The notes: a model not told the origin generated them from the letters alone. A DNA stretch of 64,000 nt from an uncultured Nitrospiraceae bacterium (GCA_963705105.1 CAVPIW010000007.1:128001-192000); one strand, 5' to 3'. Shown: positions 30,350 to 40,925, numbered from the stretch's first letter. A program made the numbers and translations.

Positions 30350-30727
30350 AGCCCGGCCGGTCTGGGGCGGGCGCAGACATGCGCGCGGCCGATCTCCGGC
30401 GTCACTGTCTTTTCCGCATAACGGTTCGGGCGTTCTTTGGGAGCATCGATGGTCACCAACTCAAGACCCTCGTCGATTCTATTGCATTGTTTGTGACAAG
30501 ATGAAACAATCCATGAACAGAGGGCCATGAGTTATCTCCTATAGAGGAAGGATTCTGCAGAGGAAGGATTTTGCCGCTTTGTTTTAGTTTAGCACACACC
30601 GCTAATTAACTCACTGCAATAAAAAACCCCGGCCTCCATCTTTCCTGATCATCGACTCCGGACTACCCCGCATCTCTGCTTCGATATGTGGTACCATGAA
30701 ACGAAAGATCACAGACCGGAGGGAAAT

Positions 30728-31597
30728 ATGAGAAGATCATTACTCATACAGGTCTTGTCAGCCGCATTCTTATTTGTCGTGGCCCTTTGTTCATCCGGCG
30801 ATGCAGTATGGTCCGGTGTCACATGGGACCAACCGGCAGGACCAACCGATCATGGCCTGAGAGTTTCGTCATCGGGCACTCCTCTCCATCTTGCGAAAAA
30901 GAGACCTGCGCACACCGAAAACGATATCCCTGAAAGTTCGCAGCCTGCAAAACAGGCAGATGCTCCATCGCAGGATAGGGGTGGGCTTGTCGACCCCCGC
31001 GACGGGGGCCTTGATGTCGCCCTGGGCGAATGGGCCGTTATCCTCGAAGCTGATACGATCCGTCCCGGAACCGTTACCTTTATTGTCCGTAACAGCGGCG
31101 CCCGTGCGCACGGCTTCCGAATCAGGTCGGAAGGGGGGCGCGGCAGGGACCGCTTTGAAGCGCGGACGGAACTCATTCAGCCGGGCGGGTCGTCAAAGCT
31201 GACCGTTGATCTGAAAAGCGGTTCCTACCGGGTGGATTGTTTCGTCGAAGAACCGGGAGTGGGAGACCACGCCGCCCTCGGGATGAGAGGCCTGCTGACG
31301 GTGAGGCCCGATGCCCCTTTCCTGTCGACGAAAGCCCCTGTCGCTGACACGGCCGTATCCATCGAAGGATTTGTCTTCTCCCCGCAGACCCTGAAGATAC
31401 AGGCGGGATCGACAGTCGTCTGGACAAACAGGGACCCCGCTCCGCATACGGTGACGGCGGATGATGGGACCTTCGATTCCGGGATGCTCCAGTCCGGGGC
31501 AACATTCAGAAGGACCTTCGAAAAAGCCGGCACCTTCCGCTACACGTGCACGATCCATCCTTCCATGAAGGGCGTTGTGGAAGTCGCAGCGCCATAG
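30728..31597 (+). CDS. Secreted protein with two cupredoxin domains
   Basis: GGAGGG RBS, signal peptide; H...C..H..M ligand sets in both domains (HGF / DCFVEEPGVGDHAALGM; PHTV / YTCTIHPSM). Confidence 0.88.
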   Translation: MRRSLLIQVLSAAFLFVVALCSSGDAVWSGVTWDQPAGPTDHGLRVSSSGTPLHLAKKRPAHTENDIPESSQPAKQADAPSQDRGGLVDPRDGGLDVALGEWAVILEADTIRPGTVTFIVRNSGARAHGFRIRSEGGRGRDRFEARTELIQPGGSSKLTVDLKSGSYRVDCFVEEPGVGDHAALGMRGLLTVRPDAPFLSTKAPVADTAVSIEGFVFSPQTLKIQAGSTVVWTNRDPAPHTVTADDGTFDSGMLQSGATFRRTFEKAGTFRYTCTIHPSMKGVVEVAAP

Positions 31598-31631
31598 AGC
31601 GCGAGCCCTCCCTCTGCGGGCCGAACTTGCG

Positions 31632-32062
31632 GAAAAGGCGGGGCGAAGCACTTCAAGACCTTGCTGAAGGCTACGATGCCTCGGGAAAGGCAAATATGGT
31701 TCAAAGCCTTTCCAATGCGATGATGAGGACCATTTCGGCAGGTGCACCGAAAGGCAGGGCAAAGCGCCTCAAAGCCTCGCTGATAGCGAGCATGATTGGT
31801 TATTATTGGTTGTGAAGATTTCATCCTTTGTATTATCAACAGTTGTGCTTCCATGCTCTCAACGGGACGGCAGCGGTTTCGCAGCACCGATGCTTTTCGG
31901 TGCTTCACCCCGCCTTTCGGTCCGGCGTATGAGGCAACGTGTCCATCTCAGGGTGTTCAGCGCCTGCTGCCTGACGGGCTTTTGGTATCAATCGACACGG
32001 CAAAGGGTGGTCTGGTGACCGATAAGGTATCTTAGCGGAAAGGCTTTTCACCACATCAGCCT
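31632..32062 (-). repeat. Composite MITE-like repeat (inverted copy of 6659-7043 plus an extra terminus)
   Basis: Direct comparison with 6659-7043; begins GAAAAGGCGGGGCGAAGCAC. Confidence 0.9.
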
Positions 32063-32176
32063 TCCCGTCGGTGCCTTTGTTGTCCCGTTTTTGTCTTTGC
32101 CTGCTGTCTATTGTCTACTGTATTCTGTCTACTATTTATTGTGAAGCGGCGCATACGCCCCGCCTTTCCGCAGGGC

Positions 32177-32566
32177 TTACGCAACGATACGATTATATAA
32201 GCTGTATATCTTCCACGCGACCATCCCGCCTGTCAGGTTATAGACGCCGGCGTATCCTTTCTTTTTCAGTCCGTACGCTATGAAGGGCGAGCGATGGCCG
32301 GTCATGCAGATGACAACGATAGTTTTTTCATTTCGGGCCTGCAGGGCCTCCGCAAGCCCCTCACCAAGAGGGATATTCAGTGCCCCGGGTAAGTGAAACC
32401 AATTGTATTCAGAGGGTGTGCGCACGTCGAGCAAGAGGACATCCTGACGGTTTCCGCCCGAAATTTCCCCGACACGCCAGGGCAGGAGCGGCTTCACACC
32501 GAGGAGCGCCCAGAGCAGGTCCCATGTTATCAGGATGACAAGGAGGGAAAGCAGGACCTTTTTCAT
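32177..32566 (-). CDS. Rhodanese-like domain protein with N-terminal membrane anchor
   Basis: LLDVRTPSEY, HLPGA, active-site CMTGHRS, NLTGGMVAW. Confidence 0.88.
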   Translation of the reverse strand: MKKVLLSLLVILITWDLLWALLGVKPLLPWRVGEISGGNRQDVLLLDVRTPSEYNWFHLPGALNIPLGEGLAEALQARNEKTIVVICMTGHRSPFIAYGLKKKGYAGVYNLTGGMVAWKIYSLYNRIVA

Positions 32567-32956
32567 ATTTAATAATATCACTATTGGCCGAAACAACACT
32601 TTCCTATCACCTGACACTGACTTTTTGTCAGCACCTGACGTTAATGTCAATGTTCAGTGTTAATTCCTATCGGTGATTTCAAGAAAGCGATTGATATTAA
32701 ATGGGACATCGACGTTAAGCAAAGTTAATCCCCTAAGGGGCATCCCCCTTTCCCTGCGTCATTTCACGCACAGCCTGCGTGAATTCAAGCACTCTTTCCG
32801 CCTGTCCGGCTTCTCCCCGGCGTCACGACGCCTCACGGCGGAGGGCGATTAAACATATATTTATCAACGTATTAACATCTACTTTTCGGTGTTCGCGCTG
32901 TGGCGCCCGACGGCATGAAAATCGGTTTGGGGCACCTCTAAAAATGACGCATTTGT

Positions 32957-32972
32957 TGGCACTGTTCTTGAT
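32957..32972 (+). promoter_or_regulatory. Sigma54-like promoter upstream of the cNMP-AAA-FeS gene
   Basis: TGGCAC-TGTTC-TTGAT (GA instead of GC at -12). Confidence 0.5.
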
Positions 32973-33061
32973 CATAAGTAATAAGGATAAATACGGGTCG
33001 ACCATAAGAACCTCCTTAACGGCTGTTTCTCCCCATAGCGGGAGGAGGGATTTCCCAGACC

Positions 33062-35542
33062 ATGCTGCTCGACTATCTCGGTCAGGAACACGCTGAAAAC
33101 CTCAGGACGGAAGTGAGCGAGCTTGTATTCCCTGCCGGCTCTGTCATCGTAAGCCGTGATGCGCCTGATCAATCGGTCTATGTCATACAGTCAGGCCAGG
33201 CGGAAGTCCGGTATTTCGGTGATGAAGGGGAGATCATTCCCTCCGTCAGGCTCGGCCCGAATGCGTTTTACGGCCGCACATGCCTCCTTCGGGAGCATTT
33301 CGAATCGTCCGAACTCGTAGCCGTCACGAATGTCGCCGTCAACGTCTACCCTGAAAATGTCTGCAAAACGGCTATGCAGGAGTCCGAGAGCTTCCGGTCC
33401 CAGCTCTTCTCCCAGCTTTCACGGTATGTCCGGCACCTGAGATCACAGACGCGCTATCTCCTGCGCCGCTCCCAGGCGCTCAATCGGTTTCTCTCATCAG
33501 ACCGGAAGGCGGGCCCCCTTGTAGCATTTTCCCGGCGGATGCGCGCCGTAGAACAGAAGATCCCCCTTCTTGCCCGTAATGCCCGGCCTCTCCTGATCAG
33601 CGGCGAACCGGGCACGGGCAAGTTCTTCCTCGCAAAGAAGGTCTGTGAAGCAGCCGGCGATCATCAGGTTCCCTTCATGTCGATCGACTGCGCAAATACC
33701 GGCAGCGACATCCATTCCACGCTCTTCGGGTCCGTCTCCTTCGAGTCCGATCTCCCTGACGGCGCCGACGGCGCCATTCATCTCACTCTCGGCGGCTACC
33801 TGGTCCTCCGTCATATCGACGCCCTCGATATGCAGACCCAGGAACACCTCTTCGCCTTTCTCAATTACCAGGAGAGCACACCCCTCCCTCAGGAGAGGAA
33901 AGTGCGGATCATCGCCACCACACAGAAGGACCTCGGTGCCCTATCCGAGGCGGGGAACTATTATCAACCCCTCGCCGCACTGATGATGCGCAACGAACTG
34001 CGGATGCCCGCGCTTATCGAGCGGAGGTCCGACATTCTTCCCCTTGCCCGCCACTTCCTGTCGGAGAGGAGGGGCGAAAGTCTCCGCGACCGCCTGACTC
34101 CCGAGGCAGAAGCCGTCCTCTTTTCTCACCGCTACCGTCATAAAAACGTCTCCGAACTGCGCGATATGATCTCCATGGCCGACTTCCTTTCCGACGGGAC
34201 GTCCATCCGTCCCAAGCACCTTTCGACAGGCCCGTCATACCAGAACGGCCTCACGGAATATGATATGACGCGGTTCGGGTGGGTCCGGTGGCTCCTGAAA
34301 CCCCAAACCCTCGCTGCGATGCGGTCTGGCGTGCTCGCCACATTCCTGTTGATCCTGGGCTTTTCGTTCCTGACCCCCGCGTCCTCCGCGGGCCGCACTG
34401 CCAACAGCCTGATCTGGAGCTTCTGGGAGCCCGTCCTCGTCTTCTCTTTTCTCTTCTTTGGAAGGCTCTGGTGCACGATCTGTCCGCTCGCGACAGTTGC
34501 AGGGTTTTTCCAGCGTCACCTATCATTGGGACGGCCGGTACCGGCCTGGATGAAGAAATACGGCATCTTCTTCGGATCCCTCGGCCTCGTCGCGATCATC
34601 GCGAGTGAGCACGTCTTTCACATGACCAAAGCACCCTTCAACTCGGGCATCCTGCTGCTCGTCCTCTTTGCCGGAGCTATCCTCTTTGCAGTTATCTATC
34701 ACAGGCAGGTCTGGTGCCGGTTTCTCTGCCCCCTCGGCCTCTGGGGCGGTGCCTTTGCGCCCATGTCGATCCTCCAGCTCCGGGCCAATCCGTCTGTCTG
34801 TTCAACACGATGCACGACGCAGGAATGCTCAAAGGGGGACGGAAAGAGACCGGGCTGCCCGACGCTTCATCATCCGCTCTATTCGAGCGATTGCCACAAC
34901 TGCAAGATGTGCTTCGATTGCCTGTCCCTCTGCCCTCACGGCTCGCCGAAGGTTTATGCAAGGCCGCCGTTGGAAGCGCTCTGGGGACTGAGCGGATTAA
35001 AGGGCATCCTCGTGCCCTTCGTGCTCTCGCTCTTCTTCTTCTCTCTCATCATGCTCGCCTCCTGGCACCTGGGTTGGCTCACCACCCCGGCAGGCGTCGG
35101 CGCCTCCGTCATAGCCACGATGATCGCATCCTTCGGCTTCAGCAGGCTGCTGCCGGACATGCTCGCGTCGGAAGTCGAGCGCGATCCGTCCATCATTCTC
35201 CGTATCGCTTCAGCATACCTTGTGCTGGCATGGGGACCGCTCCTTGCCTACCAGATCGAGAATGTCCCCATACTGCCGGGACTCGTGATCCATGCATCCC
35301 AGGGTGTATCGTGGAGCAGTCATTTTCCGTCGGCCGGGGTGAGTTTCATCGCAGTCATCCAGGCTCTGGTGATACTGTTGTCCGCATCCCTCTCGGCGCT
35401 CTGTTTCCTGAAGATCCATGCACACGTTGAACAGGCAGGGGCGTTTCTGACAAGGTCCTCGTGGAGGCTCCTCGGCATTCTTTTCTTCGGTTATCTCATT
35501 GCGGCACTGGCCATCGTGATGCTGCGCGATTTCAGCGCCTGA
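33062..35542 (+). CDS. Fusion: cNMP-binding domain + degenerate sigma54-type AAA domain + membrane 4Fe-4S (NapH/NosR-like) domain
   Basis: YVIQSGQAEV (cNMP-like), GEPGTGK without GAFTGA, GRLWCTICP, WCRFLCPLG, CHNCKMCFDCLSLCP, many TM helices. Confidence 0.85.
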   Translation: MLLDYLGQEHAENLRTEVSELVFPAGSVIVSRDAPDQSVYVIQSGQAEVRYFGDEGEIIPSVRLGPNAFYGRTCLLREHFESSELVAVTNVAVNVYPENVCKTAMQESESFRSQLFSQLSRYVRHLRSQTRYLLRRSQALNRFLSSDRKAGPLVAFSRRMRAVEQKIPLLARNARPLLISGEPGTGKFFLAKKVCEAAGDHQVPFMSIDCANTGSDIHSTLFGSVSFESDLPDGADGAIHLTLGGYLVLRHIDALDMQTQEHLFAFLNYQESTPLPQERKVRIIATTQKDLGALSEAGNYYQPLAALMMRNELRMPALIERRSDILPLARHFLSERRGESLRDRLTPEAEAVLFSHRYRHKNVSELRDMISMADFLSDGTSIRPKHLSTGPSYQNGLTEYDMTRFGWVRWLLKPQTLAAMRSGVLATFLLILGFSFLTPASSAGRTANSLIWSFWEPVLVFSFLFFGRLWCTICPLATVAGFFQRHLSLGRPVPAWMKKYGIFFGSLGLVAIIASEHVFHMTKAPFNSGILLLVLFAGAILFAVIYHRQVWCRFLCPLGLWGGAFAPMSILQLRANPSVCSTRCTTQECSKGDGKRPGCPTLHHPLYSSDCHNCKMCFDCLSLCPHGSPKVYARPPLEALWGLSGLKGILVPFVLSLFFFSLIMLASWHLGWLTTPAGVGASVIATMIASFGFSRLLPDMLASEVERDPSIILRIASAYLVLAWGPLLAYQIENVPILPGLVIHASQGVSWSSHFPSAGVSFIAVIQALVILLSASLSALCFLKIHAHVEQAGAFLTRSSWRLLGILFFGYLIAALAIVMLRDFSA

Positions 35543-35545
35543 GTC

Positions 35546-36028
35546 TCAGTACCCCGAATGTCTCTCCCAGTGCTTTTCCTTCTCCCACTTCCGCCAGTTC
35601 TTTTTCAGGTGCCCGTAAGGGATATGCCTGTGCGGGGGAGCATGACGATAATCATAGTGAACGGAGTTTACCACGGTGACCGGCACCCTGGCCGGCGCCA
35701 CGTACCGCCACGGGCCGTTGTAGTAACTCGCCCTGTACCAGTAGTTCCGGTGCGGACGGTACCAGTAGCCTCCATGGAAAAAAACCGAGATGTCGGCGGT
35801 GGGCACTGCGTAGACATATGTCCCCGGGATGACGACAACGGGCGGAGGAGTATTTATAACGTAGGGAGGAGGGGCGGGAACAGCATAGGCCTGGGCAACG
35901 ACGGGCCCGTTGATGCCTATGCTCAGGTTGAAGGAGGAATGGCCTCCGTAGGCATTATGAGGCGTGGTTAAGGCGAAACCCGATAGTATGAAAAGGCAGC
36001 ATGTGGTTACCAGAAGTGTCTTTCTCAT
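35546..36028 (-). CDS. Secreted Pro/Tyr/Trp-rich hypothetical protein
   Basis: GGAGG RBS, signal peptide, PPPVVVIPGTYVY, GYWYR...GPW. Confidence 0.8.
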   Translation of the reverse strand: MRKTLLVTTCCLFILSGFALTTPHNAYGGHSSFNLSIGINGPVVAQAYAVPAPPPYVINTPPPVVVIPGTYVYAVPTADISVFFHGGYWYRPHRNYWYRASYYNGPWRYVAPARVPVTVVNSVHYDYRHAPPHRHIPYGHLKKNWRKWEKEKHWERHSGY

Positions 36029-36437
36029 GGTGACAACCTCCCTCTGATGACATTTCCCTTGGGGGAGCAAAAGATATACCATAGATCCCAATACCTGAAT
36101 TTCATGAATATTTCAGATAATTACGCTCGCAGCGGGAGGCCGGACTATCTATGCGATGCCTCAATTTACGTTCTCATTTCAGGATGTTTTCCCTTTTTCA
36201 GTCATTCAGGATCGTCACCCGGGGCGCCGCCGCTTCCGAACCTTTTCCCGAAGCCTCCTCTTTTTTCTGTGCCCTAATGTGGTCACCCCCGCATGAATTT
36301 CCATACATTAGGGGTTGCCTCTCATTCATGTATATGTCCATTGCCCTACCCATATGATTTATTGGTATAATTGACCGTGATAACCGTTGTGTTCAGCGCC
36401 GCAGGATCATATTCCGCGGAGAGAGGGAGCATGAAAC

Positions 36438-38927
36438 GTGGCTGAAGATTCGGCGCCTGCCGACCTTCGTTCGCCGGAAATCGGCTCAGACCGGGATGCA
36501 CTGAGGCCTGATGACCGCGAAGAAGCGATTTACGCCGAAAAAGTCAGACTGCTCTATTCCCATGCCTTTCCGAGCACCGTGGCGACACTGATCAATGCCC
36601 TGCTTCTCTGCTTCGTTCAGTGGAACGTCGTCTCCCATGCGGTCATTACGGGATGGCTCGGTTACATGATTTGTGCAATGATCTTCCGGTCTGCGATGAC
36701 ATTACGTTACCGCAGGGACACGGGACGGACATGGAAGAATGCCCGGGGTTGGGGAAGGCTGTATATTGCGGGAACAGCAGCCCTGGGATTGGGATGGGGG
36801 GCTGCCGGCATCCTTTTCACCCCGGCAACCTCTGTGCCTCATCAGTTTTTTACCACCTTCCTCCTTTCCGGTCTTGCCGCCGGCGCCCTGGCGGTGCTGT
36901 CTTCCGTTTATATCGCCTATGTATCGTACCTCATCCCGACGGTTGCCCCCGTCACCCTTGTGTTCCTGCAATATGGAGATGCGCTCCACACTGTTGCCGG
37001 GGGCATGATGGTTTTATTCGTGCTGTTCCTCCTGAGGGCCGGACGGACACACCACGGATTCGTCGACTCATCTCTGAGGCTCGGACTCGAAAAGGACGAT
37101 CTCGTCCGCAGGGTGGCCAGTGAAAAGGAACAGGTCGAAGCTCTCAATGAGCACCTCCGGCATGAAGTGGCCGAGCGTATCCAGGCCCAACGGGCGCTGC
37201 AGTTCAGGGTGGACTTCGAATCCCTGCTCACGACCATCTCGACGGGGTTCATCAACCTTCCCCCTCAGCGCATTGATGAGGGCATACGGGATGCCCTCGG
37301 GCAGATCGGCTTGTTCGCAGGCGTCGACCGCAGCTATGTCATTTTGATCGACCGCGAGATGAGATTCGCGAACAAGACCCACGAATGGTGCGCCGAGGGC
37401 ATCGATTCGGCCTACGAACAGTTCCGGGGGCTTGAAACCGGGGCATTCCCCTGGTGGATGGAGAAGTTGCGACGCTTCGAGACCATTCACGTGCCGAGGG
37501 TCGAAGACCTTCCCCCGGATGCGGAGGCGGAGAAACGTATCCTCAGGTCAGCCTCGGTTCAATCCGTTATCGTCGTTCCGCTCGTGTCGGGCAACTCGCT
37601 GATGGGATTCGCCGGATTCACCACGATCCGCGCAGAGAAGACGTGGGACAACGAAGCGATGACACTGCTCAGAATTTTCAGCGAGATGCTGGTCAACGCC
37701 ATTGACCGGAAACAGACCTATGAAGAACTCGACAGTGCCCGTGAGGCGGCTGAAGCAGCAGCGAGGACAAAAGCCCAGTTCCTGGCGAATATGAGCCACG
37801 AGATCAGGACCCCCATGCACGGCGTCCTCGGCACCCTGTCGCTCCTGCGTTCGACGCGCCTGGAACCCTCGCAGGAAAGCTATGTCACCCTGGCGCACAA
37901 CTCGGCGGAGATGCTCCTCGGGATCATCGACGACATCCTCGATTTCTCAAAGATAGAAGCGGGCAGGATGGTCATAGAGCATGCCGGGTTTGATCCCCGC
38001 AGCCTTGTCGAGGATTGTATCGCCATGTTTACCGATAAGGCCCGCGAGAAAGGACTCGCTCTCACCTCCTCCGTCGACACTGATGTGCCTCACGCTCTCA
38101 TGGGCGATGCCCTGCGCATTCGCCAGGTATTGATCAACCTGGTCGGAAATGCCCTGAAATTCACGGAAAAGGGCGGGGTGCTCGTCAGTGTGGAAAGAAA
38201 TGAGGGAAGAGACGGGAAGACCTGCCTGCGATTCGAAGTACGCGATACCGGGATCGGGATCCCCTCTGACATGCAAAGACATCTATTTGATCCCTTTACC
38301 CAGGCCGACAGCTCGACGACGCGCAGATTCGGGGGCACCGGCCTCGGACTCTCCATTTCGAGGCAGCTTGTGGAACTGATGGGCGGCACAATCGGATTGA
38401 CGAGCGTACCCGGCGAGGGGTCCCGGTTCTGGTTCTTTCTCTGCTTTGATCCCTGTCTGCCCGATCCGGCCGGACAAACTGCACAGAACCTGATCGGAGG
38501 CCGTAAAATGGAGGAAATGTCTTTCCAGGGATTCTTTGCCCTCGTCGTTGAGGACAACAACGTCAATCGCGAACTCACCCGTGAGATACTCGCCTTCCTC
38601 GGGCTCAATGCTGACGTGGTCGAAAACGGCAAGGCAGCCGTCATGTCACTGAAAGAACGGGATTATGACATCGTTCTGATGGATTGCCAGATGCCGGAGA
38701 TGGACGGGTATGAAGCGACCCGCGTTATCCGAGAGCATGAGAGGAACTCCGGCAGGGTTCCGTCAGTCATCGTTGCACTGACGGCCAATGCGCTCGATGG
38801 AGATCAGAGGCGCTGCCTTGAGGCGGGAATGAATGACTACCTTGCAAAGCCCTTCGGGATCGCAGACATGAGGAAGGTCCTGTCCCGGTGGCTGCGGCCT
38901 GCAGAGGGGTCAGCCCTTGAATATTGA
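36438..38927 (+). CDS. Hybrid sensor kinase (TM-GAF-HisKA-HATPase-REC)
   Basis: FLANMSHEIRTP, NLVGNALKFT, GGTGLGL, VEDN...LMDCQMPEMDG. Confidence 0.95.
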   Translation: MAEDSAPADLRSPEIGSDRDALRPDDREEAIYAEKVRLLYSHAFPSTVATLINALLLCFVQWNVVSHAVITGWLGYMICAMIFRSAMTLRYRRDTGRTWKNARGWGRLYIAGTAALGLGWGAAGILFTPATSVPHQFFTTFLLSGLAAGALAVLSSVYIAYVSYLIPTVAPVTLVFLQYGDALHTVAGGMMVLFVLFLLRAGRTHHGFVDSSLRLGLEKDDLVRRVASEKEQVEALNEHLRHEVAERIQAQRALQFRVDFESLLTTISTGFINLPPQRIDEGIRDALGQIGLFAGVDRSYVILIDREMRFANKTHEWCAEGIDSAYEQFRGLETGAFPWWMEKLRRFETIHVPRVEDLPPDAEAEKRILRSASVQSVIVVPLVSGNSLMGFAGFTTIRAEKTWDNEAMTLLRIFSEMLVNAIDRKQTYEELDSAREAAEAAARTKAQFLANMSHEIRTPMHGVLGTLSLLRSTRLEPSQESYVTLAHNSAEMLLGIIDDILDFSKIEAGRMVIEHAGFDPRSLVEDCIAMFTDKAREKGLALTSSVDTDVPHALMGDALRIRQVLINLVGNALKFTEKGGVLVSVERNEGRDGKTCLRFEVRDTGIGIPSDMQRHLFDPFTQADSSTTRRFGGTGLGLSISRQLVELMGGTIGLTSVPGEGSRFWFFLCFDPCLPDPAGQTAQNLIGGRKMEEMSFQGFFALVVEDNNVNRELTREILAFLGLNADVVENGKAAVMSLKERDYDIVLMDCQMPEMDGYEATRVIREHERNSGRVPSVIVALTANALDGDQRRCLEAGMNDYLAKPFGIADMRKVLSRWLRPAEGSALEY

Positions 38928-39006
38928 CAGAAGAGGAACGCGGGGGCAGGAAGCAATGTCAGGGTTCAAGGGCTGGCCCCATGTGTTTTCGCGGTGCGAA
39001 TGTGCT

Positions 39007-39402
39007 TCAGTTCTTCGGCGGCGGCATACCGGGGTCCCTGACCTGGGCGCGGATGGTCAGTGTGACCTTCGGTCTCTCCGGGTCATTGCTCGTGACTTCT
39101 ACGGTCTTCTGGACCATGCCCTTCATCCCCTTCGTGTTTACCCTGGCGGTGAATCTTCCCCGTTCCCCCGGCTTGAGACGGCTCGAACTGGCCATCACGG
39201 CGGTGCAGCCTCAGGACGGCTTTAACGGTCCGATCTCGAGGTCTTCTGTTCCCCCGTTCTCGAATTCGAAGATGTGTTCGACATTGCCCTGCGCAACAAC
39301 ACCGAAATCGTGCGTTTCAGCGTCAAACCGGATGGAAGGCTGCGCAAACGCGAGCGATGGGAACAGGATCATAATCAGAATGATGACGTTCTTCACTGCC
39401 AT
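39007..39402 (-). CDS. DUF1573-like secreted protein, probable selenoprotein (PS-U-GCT)
   Basis: ORFs 39211-39402 and 39007-39198 are in frame and joined by TCC TGA GGC TGC ACC; family motif is SCGCT; HDFG, FxFENxG, VTSNDP present; SECIS-like hairpin at 39177-39196. Confidence 0.82.
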
Positions 39403-39440
39403 AATCTGCCTCCTCCAGCGGGAATAATTTTACAGTTGCC

Positions 39441-39478
39441 TGAAAAGGCGGGGCAAAGCGCCTCAAAGCCCTGGTGAA
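39441..39478. repeat. Lone MITE family terminus
   Basis: GAAAAGGCGGGGCAAAGCGCCTCAAAGCCCTGGTGAAG. Confidence 0.7.
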
Positions 39479-39481
39479 GTC

Positions 39482-40669
39482 TCACTCAAAATCTGCATAA
39501 ATCTCGCCGAGATTGATGCCGGCCAACACGTTTTTTGCATAGCGGTTCCGTATCGAAAGCTTCGCTTCCATTAGCTCAAGACTCTGGTTGCCGTGCCGGA
39601 TCGCCGCTGACGCCTCGATGAAGGCAGCCAGGTCGTCGGCGGCCTTGACAAGCTGACCGTCGCGGGGATCGAAAACATCCTGATTGTATTTCGCGCTGAT
39701 CTCGTCGCTGGTCGTCGTGATCCGATCTTTGCCGACGGCGACGACGCTTTCGAATTCGTCCTCCGTGAAGAGCCTGATCTCCCGGTGCCATTCTTCCGGG
39801 ACGAGTCTGTAGACCTCCTTTTCCATCTCCTCCCGCTCATATGCCTTGATGAGATCTTTCAGGCCCTCAACGGACCTCTTCACGGGCGAGATGATGTCCC
39901 TCGTCAGCACCTCCGGCAGGTCATGGAAAAGACCCGTGAAATAGTTGTTCCTCAATCGCCTGCCGCACGCCCCGATCTCCCTCGAAAAGAAATACATGAG
40001 GAGAGCCACGAACAGGGAGTGACCGAGGACCGACGTCCTGGGCCTCCGGTGAAAGGTGGCCCACCGAATCTGGAATCTCAACTGTCCGCAGAGATCGATG
40101 AACTCACCGGCAGGGCGCTGACCGGCAAGGTGCGCAATGCCCTTCAGGTCCCCGTACTCGCCGAGTTTGTCACTGAGACGCCGCCTGATCGACTGTATCT
40201 CATAGCCTTCCGGGTTGGCCCGCTCGACGATGTCAAACTCCCACCGCGTGGCGGAGAAATGGGCCGCGCCGAGGATTCTCCTGTTGATCGTCCCCGTTTC
40301 GCGGGAAAAGTAGTCATGGAATTTTTCGCAGAATTCCCTGCCAAGGGGTGAAATAAACGGTTCAAGCTCGCGGTAGACCCACTCGTTCAGGCGGCGGTAC
40401 TGGTCGGGATGCTCCTTGATCTTGTAAAAGATGGGTGGTTTCAGGTCAGTGAGCACAATGCGCTGGAGCAATTCGAAGAGTCCACCCTCGATGATCTCGA
40501 TCCAGTCGAATCCCGCCGTCTCCTCTTCGTGTTTCCCGAGGAAATAGGCGATGACCATCTTGTGGGCCTGCTTATCGAGCTCGGCCAGCTCCATGGGCCG
40601 GACCTTGTCGTTCCAGCGCTGTATGTAGGCTGCATCAAAGATTCTCAGAAGAAGAGACTTTCGTATCAT
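39482..40669 (-). CDS. HD-domain phosphohydrolase (YfbR-like)
   Basis: RWND, DKQAH, SVLGHS, LFHDLPE..TRDIISP, DDLAAF. Confidence 0.88.
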   Translation of the reverse strand: MIRKSLLLRIFDAAYIQRWNDKVRPMELAELDKQAHKMVIAYFLGKHEEETAGFDWIEIIEGGLFELLQRIVLTDLKPPIFYKIKEHPDQYRRLNEWVYRELEPFISPLGREFCEKFHDYFSRETGTINRRILGAAHFSATRWEFDIVERANPEGYEIQSIRRRLSDKLGEYGDLKGIAHLAGQRPAGEFIDLCGQLRFQIRWATFHRRPRTSVLGHSLFVALLMYFFSREIGACGRRLRNNYFTGLFHDLPEVLTRDIISPVKRSVEGLKDLIKAYEREEMEKEVYRLVPEEWHREIRLFTEDEFESVVAVGKDRITTTSDEISAKYNQDVFDPRDGQLVKAADDLAAFIEASAAIRHGNQSLELMEAKLSIRNRYAKNVLAGINLGEIYADFE

Positions 40670-40728
40670 TGAGACCCGACAATCCTTTGCCTGGTATCTA
40701 CTGCCAAATGTTTACACTGTAGTCACAC

Positions 40729-40925
40729 AAAGGCGGGGAGAAGCGCCCCAAATCCTTGCTGAAGGCGACGATGAGCATTGGCAGATTCGTGTTTTAGGAT
40801 TCCGCTCTCTGTGTCATCGGCCATTAGCCTATAATTCTTCTTGCCTTTGGATACAGGTGTCGCCGCAGCAAGGTTTTCGGCGCATAGACCCCGCCTTTTC
40901 CGGAACGCGTATGCGACGATAAGGT
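40729..40925. repeat. MITE family module (homolog of 13763-13960)
   Basis: AAAGGCGGGGAGAAGCGCC...CCCCGCCTTTTCCGGAACGCGTATGCGACGATAAGGT. Confidence 0.85.

Noticed and set aside
30374..30395. Minus-strand AGATCGGCCGCGCGCATGTCTG resembling the Illumina adapter (translates EIGRAHV)
   Set aside because: Five mismatches in 22 nt and internal to the contig; probably chance, though read mapping would settle it.
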